A stretch of 64,000 bases of DNA from a virus (IMGVR_UViG_3300031566_000014:14511-78510), one strand, 5' to 3'. Shown: positions 38,069 to 47,546, counted from the first letter of the stretch. Notes: generated from the sequence alone by a model not told the origin. A program made the numbers and translations.

Positions 38069-38284
38069 GTGGCTGGAGTCACATACGTTCACGACTCTGA
38101 ACTGAGCAACCTCATCACGGCCATGGAGGAACGCACCGGCGGGCCGTGGTTTGTCAGTGACATGGAATGCACCCGTTGCGGCGAACGCTGGGTGCTCGCT
38201 CACCAAGGCGCACAGGAGCGGTATCACTGCCCGAACTGCAAGTGGCTTGAGCAGTGGCCCCCAACCGCTCAGAAGGAGACGTGA
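38069..38284 (+). CDS. small Zn-ribbon protein
   Basis: CTRCG...CPNC; AAGGAG RBS. Confidence 0.6.
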   Translation: MAGVTYVHDSELSNLITAMEERTGGPWFVSDMECTRCGERWVLAHQGAQERYHCPNCKWLEQWPPTAQKET

Positions 38285-38285
38285 C

Positions 38286-38813
38286 ATGGCACAGTTGGAC
38301 ATGGCTCTCTTGGCTGCGATGGCTGGCGTGATCGTGTTTTTCACTCAGGCGGCGCGCAAGGCCCTCGGCGACGCGGCCATCGAGCGGTTCGGCCCCTTCA
38401 TCAGCATCGGGTTCGGATTCATCGTGGCTGCGGTCTATGGCCTGTCCTTCGGCGTGATCCCGCCTGACATGTCGAAGATCGGCTACATCGTGGGCTATGG
38501 GCTGTTCGCCGGCATCTCCGCAGCGGGCGGATTCTCCGCTGGCAAGCGGCTACTCACAGGCGGGAGCAACGGCGCGGCGAAGCTCCTCATCTTCGGGTTA
38601 CTCTCCGTGGGTATGCTCCTGCCCGGCTGCGCCACAGGGATCACGACGAGCGAGAAGCCGCACGCCACGCTTCAGGTGTGCGTGCTCGCCGCCGATCCCA
38701 TCATCGTTGGCGAGGTGAAACCGGCCTGCCGCGTGTGGGGCTTCGCCTACGACCGCGTGCTGCTGGGCGCGTCGATCAATAGCGCCTATGTGCGCTCGAC
38801 GGGGATTTCATGA
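38286..38813 (+). CDS. holin-like membrane protein with internal lipobox-like segment
   Basis: Three TM helices, GLFAGISAAGGFS; fourth hydrophobic stretch ending LLPGC. Confidence 0.6.
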   Translation: MAQLDMALLAAMAGVIVFFTQAARKALGDAAIERFGPFISIGFGFIVAAVYGLSFGVIPPDMSKIGYIVGYGLFAGISAAGGFSAGKRLLTGGSNGAAKLLIFGLLSVGMLLPGCATGITTSEKPHATLQVCVLAADPIIVGEVKPACRVWGFAYDRVLLGASINSAYVRSTGIS

Positions 38814-38899
38814 CTGAAGCGCATCCACGTAGGCTACGTGGGCATCTTTGCGGACGTTGACTGGACTAGGCCCCTTTACTGGATTGCAGGAGGTTTGCG

Positions 38900-39352
38900 A
38901 TGAAGGTGCTGCTCTGTGTGTTGCTTGTGGTGCTCCCCGGCTGCGCGGGCATCCTGACGGCAAGGGACGCGGCGCCAGCCGTGCCCGCCGCGGCCCCCAT
39001 GCCCCCCGGCTGGGCCTATGCCATGACCATCGAGTTTCTCGACACCCCTAGCACCGCGCCGCTCACCGCTGAACAGCAGAAACTCCTCGGCCTCGATGTG
39101 CAGACGAAGGATACTGCCTTCGGCATCACCGCCGCGCTGAGCAAACTGCCCCTCGTCGGCTGGATGTTCGCGGCCAGCAAGGTCGCCGACATCGCCCAGG
39201 GCGGCATCGGCGGAACCTCCGGCGGTGGCCCCGTGACGGACGGCGTGTTCAAGGCAGCCATCGCCAGCGGCCGCGTCAAGAGTATTCGGTGGATCCCCGT
39301 CAAGGCTGATGAAGTCGTCAAGGCGCCTGAAGTGGCCAAGGAGGTCGAATGA
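38900..39352 (+). CDS. lipoprotein
   Basis: MKVLLCVLLVVLPGC lipoprotein signal. Confidence 0.7.
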   Translation: MKVLLCVLLVVLPGCAGILTARDAAPAVPAAAPMPPGWAYAMTIEFLDTPSTAPLTAEQQKLLGLDVQTKDTAFGITAALSKLPLVGWMFAASKVADIAQGGIGGTSGGGPVTDGVFKAAIASGRVKSIRWIPVKADEVVKAPEVAKEVE

Positions 39353-39387
39353 CCGCCCGCTCCGCAACCGCTCGAAAGGAGACCGTG

Positions 39388-39795
39388 ATGAAGCGAATCG
39401 TGACCGTGCTGGTGCTCGCCCTCGTGGCGGGCGTGGCGTTCGCCGGCGAGTTGCCGGAGAACTGGGAGACCGCGAAGTTCGGCCTCGCCGACCTGGATGC
39501 AGCGGTCAAGACGGCCGGCGGGTTGCTCGACTCTGCTGAGAAGTCGGCCACGACCGCGAGCAACAACATGGGGACCTTGACGGAGGTCAAAAAGGCTATT
39601 TTCGACGTGATCGACGCCGGTGTGGCCGCCGCGTCCACGGATGCCAAGTGGCTCTGGGCCAAGTCGAACGCCGATAGCCTCAAGGCCCTGGCGGCGAAGC
39701 GCAAGGCCACCGCCGACGCGGTGCTGCTCCTGTTCACGAAGCTCAAGACAAACGACCCGGCGGCCATTGTGACAAAGCTCAAGGAACTCCCGTGA
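39388..39795 (+). CDS. secreted helical protein
   Basis: MKRIVTVLVLALVAGVAFA signal peptide. Confidence 0.7.
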   Translation: MKRIVTVLVLALVAGVAFAGELPENWETAKFGLADLDAAVKTAGGLLDSAEKSATTASNNMGTLTEVKKAIFDVIDAGVAAASTDAKWLWAKSNADSLKALAAKRKATADAVLLLFTKLKTNDPAAIVTKLKELP

Positions 39796-40967
39796 TGCGC
39801 CGAGTGCTGGCCCTGCCCATCCTCGCGGTCTGCTGCCTCTCCGCCTTGGCCGTGGAGCCGTGGCGCGACGCGGCGTTTGCCAAGCGCGTCCAGATTGCGA
39901 TTGACCACAACGCGGTGTCGGCCACGCTTACCTGGCATCCTCTGTTGGTCAAGGGCACAGATACCTGGCTGCCAGGTGGCGTCGGGATTCCGTTCGCGGA
40001 CGTCGAAGAGGATAAGTGGGCCTTCTACGATGCGGCCGGCAACAAGATGAACTCCGACAAGGAGAAGTACGCCGACAACGCCGGCGCGGGGTATGCGAAC
40101 TTCGAGATTTGGGTGAGCCTTGACGGCTGGCAGATCGACTCCGCCTCGGACACCTACATCTGGATGTACTACTCACCCACGGCGAGCGACCCCGGCACCG
40201 CCACGGGCGTGTGGGACGTGAACTTCAAGGCCGTCTACCATCTATCCGAGGCGAGCGGCACGGTCTACGATTCGACCTCCAACAACCTCGATCTCGCCGC
40301 GAGCGGATCTCCCTCGTATGCGCAAGCGGGCAAGATCGGCAGTTCCATGCGGTTCGTCGCCGGCACGAGCGATTATCTCTCGACAGGCACTGCGGCACTT
40401 GCCGATTTCCCTGTGACGCTGTCATGCTGGTTCTCCGGCACGGACGCGGGCCAGAACATGATTTATGTGGGCGACAAGGACCACGCCTACGGGAAAGTCG
40501 CACTCTCGGCATTGGGAGCGACGGCTGGCGATCCGGGCCTGAGTTACGCCGACTCCAGCGGCAAGTACACTTACTCCCATAGCACCGACGGCTTTTCTGC
40601 TGCCACATGGACTCACCTCGTCGGCACGATGGACGATGGCGACACGGCAGACGCCTACCTCAACGCCGGGACGAGCCAGGCCGAAATCACCACCGGAACG
40701 GTTGGTCATGAGTACCCATGGGACACCACGAGCATTGGGGCGCTGCGTGATAGTACGCCCAGCTACAGCGCGGATGTCTACATAGACGAGGCCCGCATTT
40801 CTAATATTGTCCGCTCCTCCTCCTGGATCGCCTTCGAGCACAGCAACGTTTCCGAGGCCGACAACGAGCTGACCGCAGGCTCGCCTGAGACCTACTCGCC
40901 CCCGGCGGGCGGGATTCCGGGACACCTGAACTTGCGTAACCCGCACTTGGATGGAGGTCATCTCTAA
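39795..40967 (+). CDS. DUF2341 + LamG/concanavalin-like protein with signal peptide
   Basis: EIWV...DTYIWMYY, VWD.NFKAVYHL.E, WTHLVGT, IDEARISNIVRS..WI. Confidence 0.8.
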   Translation: MRRVLALPILAVCCLSALAVEPWRDAAFAKRVQIAIDHNAVSATLTWHPLLVKGTDTWLPGGVGIPFADVEEDKWAFYDAAGNKMNSDKEKYADNAGAGYANFEIWVSLDGWQIDSASDTYIWMYYSPTASDPGTATGVWDVNFKAVYHLSEASGTVYDSTSNNLDLAASGSPSYAQAGKIGSSMRFVAGTSDYLSTGTAALADFPVTLSCWFSGTDAGQNMIYVGDKDHAYGKVALSALGATAGDPGLSYADSSGKYTYSHSTDGFSAATWTHLVGTMDDGDTADAYLNAGTSQAEITTGTVGHEYPWDTTSIGALRDSTPSYSADVYIDEARISNIVRSSSWIAFEHSNVSEADNELTAGSPETYSPPAGGIPGHLNLRNPHLDGGHL

Positions 40968-42190
40968 TGAAGCGCTTCCTACTCATCGTGGCGCTCGCGC
41001 TTGCTGCGATTGTGCAGGCGGCGCCCCAGGAACTCGGCAACGTTGCGGACGATTCCACCGTGATCTTCTCGTGGAACACCTTCGACGACGACGGCGCCAG
41101 CGTGACGCGCGCCACGGACGGCACGGTCAAAGTGCTGCGCTTGGTAGACGACACTGACTGCACGGCAGGCGTCGTGACAGATAGTGAGGATGATCCTCTG
41201 ACGGGCATCCACAAATGCACGCTTGACCTCAGCGGTAGCGCGAACTGCATCGCAGATCGTGACTACATCGTCTATGTGGAAGGCATGGTGGTAGACGGCG
41301 ACACGATCAACGCCGTGCTGGCGCGGTTCAGCATCCAGAAGCGGTATGACGTGGCATCCAGCGTGACGGCCGGCGTCACCCTTGCCGACGATGCGATCAC
41401 CAACGCGAAGTTTGACGAGACGACCGCCTTCCCCATCACGGGCGCGGCGCTCAACGGCACGAACGCCAACACCCTCAGCGGCCACGACCCCGGCGAAGCG
41501 ATCATGGGAACGAGCGACCTCGGCACGGGCGCCGGCCTAACCAGTCTCGCCCCATCCGCCACGGCGCTCGACAACACCGTGTGGACTAACGCCAAGGCGG
41601 CCTTCCTCACGGGCGACGCCTACGTGAGGCTCGGGGCGCCAGCGGGTGCCAGCATCGCGGCGGACATCGCGGACATCCCGACGAATGCCGAGTTGAACCT
41701 GCGGACCCTACCCACGGCCAGCTACTTCGACCCGGCGGCGGACACCGTGGCCCACGTGACGCTCTGCGATACGACCACGACGAACACCGACATGCGCGGA
41801 ACCGACAACGCGGCGCTCGCGGCTACGGCTCTGAGCACCGCGCAGTGGACGGCGGCACGCGCTGGCTACCTCGACGAACTGGCCGCCGCGAACCTGCCGG
41901 CCGACGTTGACGCCATTCTCGCGGACACCGCCGTCATCGGCGCGGCGGGCGCCGGCTTGACGGCCATCCCCTGGAATGCCGCATGGACCGCCTCGACCGC
42001 AGGTGCCGTGTGGAACGCCCTGACGGCGACCTACGGCACGGCAGGAACCTACGGCGCCCTCGTGGAAACCACACTGGATGGGACCATCACGTCGCGCCCG
42101 ACCGCCGCGCAGGTGCAGGCGGCAGTTACCGCCGCTCTGACGGCCTTCCCCGTGGCGCGGCCCGCAGATGTGATCATCATCAACAGGTGA
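40967..42190 (+). CDS. fibre-like protein with signal peptide
   Basis: MKRFLLIVALALAAIVQA; Thr/Ala-rich; DAYVRLGAPAGASIAADI, TNTDMRGTD, RAGYLDEL repeats. Confidence 0.7.
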   Translation: MKRFLLIVALALAAIVQAAPQELGNVADDSTVIFSWNTFDDDGASVTRATDGTVKVLRLVDDTDCTAGVVTDSEDDPLTGIHKCTLDLSGSANCIADRDYIVYVEGMVVDGDTINAVLARFSIQKRYDVASSVTAGVTLADDAITNAKFDETTAFPITGAALNGTNANTLSGHDPGEAIMGTSDLGTGAGLTSLAPSATALDNTVWTNAKAAFLTGDAYVRLGAPAGASIAADIADIPTNAELNLRTLPTASYFDPAADTVAHVTLCDTTTTNTDMRGTDNAALAATALSTAQWTAARAGYLDELAAANLPADVDAILADTAVIGAAGAGLTAIPWNAAWTASTAGAVWNALTATYGTAGTYGALVETTLDGTITSRPTAAQVQAAVTAALTAFPVARPADVIIINR

Positions 42191-42193
42191 GCC

Positions 42194-43075
42194 ATGCGCG
42201 TCTACCACAGACCCATCGAACGCTACACCCACGCCACGGGCTGGGTCTACATAGACCCCGATGCAGCGCCCAGCGTCATAACGCGGCCCGCAGGCGGCGG
42301 GGCTACCATCGAGACGCTCACCGGCGTCCGATACGCCACGGGTCTTTGGTTCATAACCATAACGGACGCGCTGTACTCTAGCGGCACTGATTATGAAATG
42401 GTGTGGACCGTCACGATTGACGGCGACACCGGCGACGCGCCGCCAGAAATGTTCCGCCACGTCACCGCCGTCGTGTCCGGCGCGCCCACGGAAGCCGTCA
42501 CCCTCAGCAGCCCGCGTCTCGCCGCTGGTGGAACGAGCGCTTCCTTCACACTTACCTTGCCCACAGACGCCAACCGCCATCACGTCCTGCTCCTGTGCAT
42601 CCCGCGCACCACGGGCGGCGCCGCCATCGAGTCTACCTCGAGCACGACGGCCATAAGCAGCGGCACGCTCACGCCCGTCACAACCTACTATGCCGTCGCC
42701 ATCCCCGTGAGCGCCGACGGCAAGTACGGCCCCATCGCGCAGGGCAGCATCCGCAGCTTCACCACGCTCGGCACGACGCACGCCTACTCCAAGCCCGACG
42801 AGACGGCACCAGACGCCTGCCTGGTCATCAACACGCGCGTCAACGACTACGACTCCTTCCAAGCCGACGGCCCGCACTACCGCGACCTCGCCGACGTGGA
42901 CGGCTCCCAGAGCATCCAAGTCGGCAACGACATCCGCGCCGTCGGGCAGGGCCGCAACTTCGAGTACCGCTTGACCTGTTGCGACCCCGTGGTGTTCCGC
43001 GAGCGCGGCATCGTCTTCCGCATGCGCCAGCGCGACGAAGGGCCGCGCGGCACGCAGGAGAGGAGCAAGGCGTAA
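42194..43075 (+). CDS. Ig/FN3-like protein carrying a nozzle-like C-terminal segment
   Basis: LTPVTTYY FN3 motif; C-terminal GQGRNFEYRLTCCDPVVF. Confidence 0.65.
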   Translation: MRVYHRPIERYTHATGWVYIDPDAAPSVITRPAGGGATIETLTGVRYATGLWFITITDALYSSGTDYEMVWTVTIDGDTGDAPPEMFRHVTAVVSGAPTEAVTLSSPRLAAGGTSASFTLTLPTDANRHHVLLLCIPRTTGGAAIESTSSTTAISSGTLTPVTTYYAVAIPVSADGKYGPIAQGSIRSFTTLGTTHAYSKPDETAPDACLVINTRVNDYDSFQADGPHYRDLADVDGSQSIQVGNDIRAVGQGRNFEYRLTCCDPVVFRERGIVFRMRQRDEGPRGTQERSKA

Positions 43076-44451
43076 TGCCAACCCACGCCGTCAGCAAGCG
43101 CACGCTCGACGCCTTCGACGCGGCGGGCGTCTGCCTCGATTGGGACTTGACGGACATCGCAGACCCGGCCGCAGCCGCGCTGTTCAACGACATTCTGAAC
43201 CTGGTGAAGGTCCAGTTGCCGCGGGCCGTGGATAATGCGCTGCCAGAGGTGACGGCGCTGAGCGATCCCGATGATATTCAGGGCGACAACATCTGGACGC
43301 AGCGGGGGGGAGCGATTCCCGCTGGCCTTGGGGGAGGGGCGCAAGGCCCCAACGTCATAGGGCATGTCAACTGGGCCGTGGGCGGCCTGACAATGGCACC
43401 CCCCGACGATGCAGCGCCGACTCACGGTCAGTACGTGGCCGACGTGATTATAGACGCGGTGAAGCATACGCATAGGGTGGTCAAGGGCGATTTGCCGAGC
43501 AACTTCAGTGGTTTCAGTGGGCCGCCCGGAAGCGGTTTCAGTTCCCCATGGTCGGGTTATTCTTCGCCATGGTCGGGATTTAGTTCACCATGGAGCGGAT
43601 TCTCTGGCCCAAGTTCACCATGGAGCGGATTTTCAAGCCCATGGTCGGGTTGGTCCTCGCCATGGAGCGGTTTCGGAGGGCCACCAGGCAGCGGATTTTC
43701 CGGCTTCAGTTCGCCATGGTCCGGGCATTCCGCATGGCCGCAACTCAGCGGATGGTCGGGGTACTCAGCGTGGCCTCAGCTTAGTGGGTTTTCAGGATCG
43801 CCAGGACAATCCATGTCCGGCTGGAGCGGGTTCAGCGCGGGGCCACAACTCAGCGGATGGTCGGGGCCGCCGGGCGAGTCAATGTCGGGCTGGAGCGGTT
43901 TCAGCGCTCATGCCTATTCGGGCTGGAGTGGCCCTCCAGGTGCCGATGGGTCTGGACTTTCAGGATGGTCATCCTGGCCTCAACTGTCGGGTTTCAGCGG
44001 ATGGTCTTCCAGCGGCTACGTGTTATCTGGCTGGAGTGGGCGCTGTGGCTGGTCGGGGAAGCAGGCGATCCTCGCCTTCACAGACGGCGTGAACCGAGCG
44101 CTGTTCTGCACCGAAGCGCCGATGGCGATCTTCGATGACATCGTGGAACTCACGGTGATTGCAGATCAAAGCTATGCGTGGGTGCCCATCGACTCCCTGT
44201 TCATCGAGGCGTGCGAGCCGGATACCATCGTTCCTACGGGGGCCGTTGCAGAAACGCCAGTGATTGGTCTGGCGGCCAGCGTGTCGGCTGGCGCAGTGCG
44301 GGTGGACTTGGCTGAACCCACAATGAAAGACGTGAAGGTTCACGTCCGGCTCACGGGCAAGCGGCGGGGGATGACCTGCCGATTCCCTGCCAGGTCGGAC
44401 GAAGCGATGCGGCGCAACAGCGCTTTCTGGGCACAGGCCCACCATAACTAA
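43075..44451 (+). CDS. tail fibre-like protein with Ser-Gly-[W/F/Y] repeat stalk
   Basis: ATG overlaps upstream TAA; ~185-aa SGF/SGW/SSPW tract; C-terminal ALFCTEAP..FDD domain. Confidence 0.75.
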   Translation: MPTHAVSKRTLDAFDAAGVCLDWDLTDIADPAAAALFNDILNLVKVQLPRAVDNALPEVTALSDPDDIQGDNIWTQRGGAIPAGLGGGAQGPNVIGHVNWAVGGLTMAPPDDAAPTHGQYVADVIIDAVKHTHRVVKGDLPSNFSGFSGPPGSGFSSPWSGYSSPWSGFSSPWSGFSGPSSPWSGFSSPWSGWSSPWSGFGGPPGSGFSGFSSPWSGHSAWPQLSGWSGYSAWPQLSGFSGSPGQSMSGWSGFSAGPQLSGWSGPPGESMSGWSGFSAHAYSGWSGPPGADGSGLSGWSSWPQLSGFSGWSSSGYVLSGWSGRCGWSGKQAILAFTDGVNRALFCTEAPMAIFDDIVELTVIADQSYAWVPIDSLFIEACEPDTIVPTGAVAETPVIGLAASVSAGAVRVDLAEPTMKDVKVHVRLTGKRRGMTCRFPARSDEAMRRNSAFWAQAHHN

Positions 44452-44461
44452 GGAGTCGAAC

Positions 44462-46555
44462 GTGGCCTTGGTGCATTGGGATGGCGAACGATGGAAGCCG
44501 ATGACGTTCAAGGGAGCGTTCCACGGGGCAGACGTGTACCTGTGCTGCCCAGGCCCGTCGCTTGCTACTCTCGACCCGTCCCTATTGCAGAAGCCGGGCA
44601 TCGTGACAATCGCAGTCAATAGTGCCTACCCAAAGGTGCGTCCGACCATCTGGGCGGGCACCGACCACCCGACGTGCTTTGACCAGAACTTCCTCTGGGA
44701 GCCGTTCATCAAGGTGCTGCGAATGTGCTGGCGCGACCAGTGGGTATTTGGCAAGCCCATCAAGGAATGCCCCGGCGTCTACTTCGCAGACGTGGACGAC
44801 AAAAGCCATGCCCTTGAGATGTGGGATAGGCAAACCGACAACTTGGCGCTCGTGGCCCCTGTGCGCAACAGCTTCGAGGCGGCGCTGCATCTTGCTCTGT
44901 GGATAGGAGCGCGTCGCATCCACCTCGTTGGCTGCGACTTTGGCGGCGGGAAGGACTATCATGATGATCGGCAACTCACGGATCATCAGCGGGTCAACAA
45001 CCAAAGGCTGTACCACCAACTCGCCCGACGGCTCATTCACCACCGCGTCGAGGGAGCGTTGCGGAAGATCGAGTTGATTAGCTGCACCGAAGGCTCGCCC
45101 ATCAATTCGATCATGCCCCACGTGCCCCTCGATGACGCCATCGCGGCGTCCGTGGCGCGCGTCCCCGTCGGTTGGTCGCCAACCCTTGATGCGCGTGACG
45201 CAATGAAGTGCCGCTGGCAGGGAGAGGTGAAGGCCGAGCAGGGCGTCGTTGTCGGCGTGATCGAGGGCCACGCATGGATGCTGGACTGGTGGTACGAGAA
45301 CTTCCGCAAGCACAACCCCTCGCTGGCAGTCGTCTTCGCGGATTTTGGCTTGTCAAAGTCGAATCAGGACTGGTGTGACGCTCACGGGGGTCGCATCGTC
45401 GTCAGTTGCCCAGACACAGTAGAGGGATGGTTCCGCAAACCTTTCGCTATCCTTCAAGCGCCCTACAAGAAGATTCTGTGGCTCGACCTGGACACGGAAA
45501 TCAGGAAGCCATTGACGCCCTTCTTCGATGCCATCACAGGCGACAACCTTCTGATCTGTGGCGTTGACGAAGTGCTCGGCCCGCACTACGGCACGTCCCA
45601 CGACCACGGGTGGTTCCTCATGCTGCCCGAGGTCAAGGTGGATATGTGCAGTGGGATGGTTGGCGTGATGCGCGGCAATCCGCACATTCAAGAATGGGCA
45701 GCCAACTCCGTACCGCCCCGCGAGTTCAACTACAAGGGCGACCACGAGATTCTTGGCGTCGGGATTCACCGCCGCGACCCGAAACTGCATCGGGTCAAGG
45801 GCACCGAGTATACGCTGGCTCGCTTTCCTGCATCGGATGATCCTTGCGTGCTTCATCACGCCGGCATTCCTGCCAAGGAACGCTTGCGGGCGCGCCTGTT
45901 CGGGGGCGGGCAGGCGCCCGCAAGTGGGGCACCGTTGATGCTCGCAGAGGAAACGTGGCGGCTTCAGGAACTTGTCAAGGAACTGGCAGGGCGGGCCGAT
46001 CCCATCCGCATCCTTGAGATCGGCGTAGCAGAAGGCGCTACCGGTTCCGCAATGATGCAGGCTGCCATCGGCGTTGGCAGGCGATTCCTCTACGTGGGCG
46101 TGGACCCGATGACGTGGAAGCGCCCATCATTCGCCCCTTCGTTCGCCCAGGGCGGCGACGTGCATCTTGTGCCGAAACCTAGCAGCCTCGCCGTGCCCGA
46201 TGTGACGGCGCTGTCAGAAGTCTTCGATCTGGTGCTCATCGACGGCTGCCACTGCGAGAAGTGTTGCCGGTTCGACTGGGAGCACTATGGGCCGCTTGTG
46301 GGAGAAGGTGGCTATCTGGCGTTCCACGACACGGCCACCCCCACCGATACGCATTCGCGCCAGCCGGGCAACAATCATGTCGGTCACGGCGTCAGGGAAG
46401 TCTACCTGCCCGCGCTCAAGACGGAGGGATGGGAGGATGCGGGCCACGTGGGCGAGTGGGGTCTTGGCAGAAAGTATGGCCTTGGCCTCTTGCGCCGCGT
46501 CAGTCCTTCGGCAGCGGCGGCGGCACTGGCGGCTTCCATACCTTGTAGGACGTAG
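44462..46555 (+). CDS. three-domain enzyme: MAF/DUF115-like glycosyltransferase + GT-A + class I methyltransferase
   Basis: CPGPSL, IAVNSA, GARRIHLVGCDF; WFRKP..LWLDLD; LEIGVAEG, LIDGCH, FHDT. Confidence 0.8.
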   Translation: MALVHWDGERWKPMTFKGAFHGADVYLCCPGPSLATLDPSLLQKPGIVTIAVNSAYPKVRPTIWAGTDHPTCFDQNFLWEPFIKVLRMCWRDQWVFGKPIKECPGVYFADVDDKSHALEMWDRQTDNLALVAPVRNSFEAALHLALWIGARRIHLVGCDFGGGKDYHDDRQLTDHQRVNNQRLYHQLARRLIHHRVEGALRKIELISCTEGSPINSIMPHVPLDDAIAASVARVPVGWSPTLDARDAMKCRWQGEVKAEQGVVVGVIEGHAWMLDWWYENFRKHNPSLAVVFADFGLSKSNQDWCDAHGGRIVVSCPDTVEGWFRKPFAILQAPYKKILWLDLDTEIRKPLTPFFDAITGDNLLICGVDEVLGPHYGTSHDHGWFLMLPEVKVDMCSGMVGVMRGNPHIQEWAANSVPPREFNYKGDHEILGVGIHRRDPKLHRVKGTEYTLARFPASDDPCVLHHAGIPAKERLRARLFGGGQAPASGAPLMLAEETWRLQELVKELAGRADPIRILEIGVAEGATGSAMMQAAIGVGRRFLYVGVDPMTWKRPSFAPSFAQGGDVHLVPKPSSLAVPDVTALSEVFDLVLIDGCHCEKCCRFDWEHYGPLVGEGGYLAFHDTATPTDTHSRQPGNNHVGHGVREVYLPALKTEGWEDAGHVGEWGLGRKYGLGLLRRVSPSAAAAALAASIPCRT

Positions 46556-46958
46556 TGACTTGGTAGCAGTAGAGAACGGCATCCAAGGACTTGAGATCGG
46601 GCGCGATGCAGGTGAACTTCACCGCCTTGTCGGGTGCTGGCCGCTCAATCGTCGCCCGCGCGCCGCCGCTCTGCTGTGGCATCTTGAGGGAGCCGCAATT
46701 CCGCACGAGGTTGAAATCCACATAGACGACCCAGTTGTCATTGGGAAGGTGCGTGGTGATCGTACCAGTGATGATGGTGCAGGGCTGGCTCTTCTCTGCC
46801 AGTTTGCAGGAATAGAAGGTGACGCCAGCGACCTCAATGAACTCGAAGGCGGGAAAGCGCGGGCCGGGGATGACTTCCTTGCCTTCGACTTCCTTGGTCT
46901 TCACCGTCGCCCCCATCGCAGCCGCGGCGCACAGCGCCAGAAGCATCAGAGCTTTCAT
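46500..46958 (-). CDS. secreted protein (moron)
   Basis: AGGAGGAG RBS; signal peptide MKALMLLALCAAAAMG. Confidence 0.65.
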   Translation of the reverse strand: MKALMLLALCAAAAMGATVKTKEVEGKEVIPGPRFPAFEFIEVAGVTFYSCKLAEKSQPCTIITGTITTHLPNDNWVVYVDFNLVRNCGSLKMPQQSGGARATIERPAPDKAVKFTCIAPDLKSLDAVLYCYQVTTSYKVWKPPVPPPLPKD

Positions 46959-46973
46959 CGCTTCTCCTCCTTT

Positions 46974-47480
46974 TCACGAGGACACATGTTTCAGGGTCAA
47001 CTCATGCTCTTTCGCCAATGCCAAGATGGCGTCAAGCCATTCGCCGTCCAGATACCACAGGCGGTCCTTTCTCTTACCCACGCAGGGCTTCGACTCGTAG
47101 TTGCCCCGCCGCAGAATGGCGAGATCGCGCAGTTGCCCCCGCTGGGTGAATCCAGTCAGGCAACCGCCAATCGCCTTGCCAGTCGGCGCGATCCTTCCAT
47201 TGGCGCGCGCGACATGTTCGGCCAGCGCGGCGATCTGGCTTGTAGTCAGGCAGATGCTTCCTGTCTTGGTGCGAACCATCGGCTCGCCGGAAGCAGAGTA
47301 GAAGGCGCACAGGACGAACAGTTCCCCATCGGTGTTTACGGCCTCCCGCAACCTCCCAAGCATGTCCGACTTCGGACACGACTGCGTGGATTCATGAGTG
47401 CTGACGCGCCTGCCGAGGCCCTCCAAGATGAGGCTCAGCCCGTCTCTCACCAAGTCCAGGCCATCCGCGCTAATCGTCAT
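46974..47480 (-). CDS. hypothetical protein (moron)
   Basis: AAAGGAG RBS; own promoter. Confidence 0.6.
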   Translation of the reverse strand: MTISADGLDLVRDGLSLILEGLGRRVSTHESTQSCPKSDMLGRLREAVNTDGELFVLCAFYSASGEPMVRTKTGSICLTTSQIAALAEHVARANGRIAPTGKAIGGCLTGFTQRGQLRDLAILRRGNYESKPCVGKRKDRLWYLDGEWLDAILALAKEHELTLKHVSS

Positions 47481-47517
47481 GCGTCTTCTCCTTTCATCCG
47501 TTTCTCCCCTCGTTATG

Positions 47518-47546
47518 AGTATACCACGGGACATTGCGGATGTCAA
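47518..47546 (-). promoter_or_regulatory. sigma70 promoter of the antisense moron
   Basis: TTGACA-17-TATACT with TG extension. Confidence 0.85.

Noticed and set aside
43498-44060. Diversity-generating retroelement or DNA-level repeat array
   Set aside because: No reverse transcriptase is seen; the repeats are in-frame peptide repeats differing at synonymous positions, not adenine-specific TR/VR pairs.
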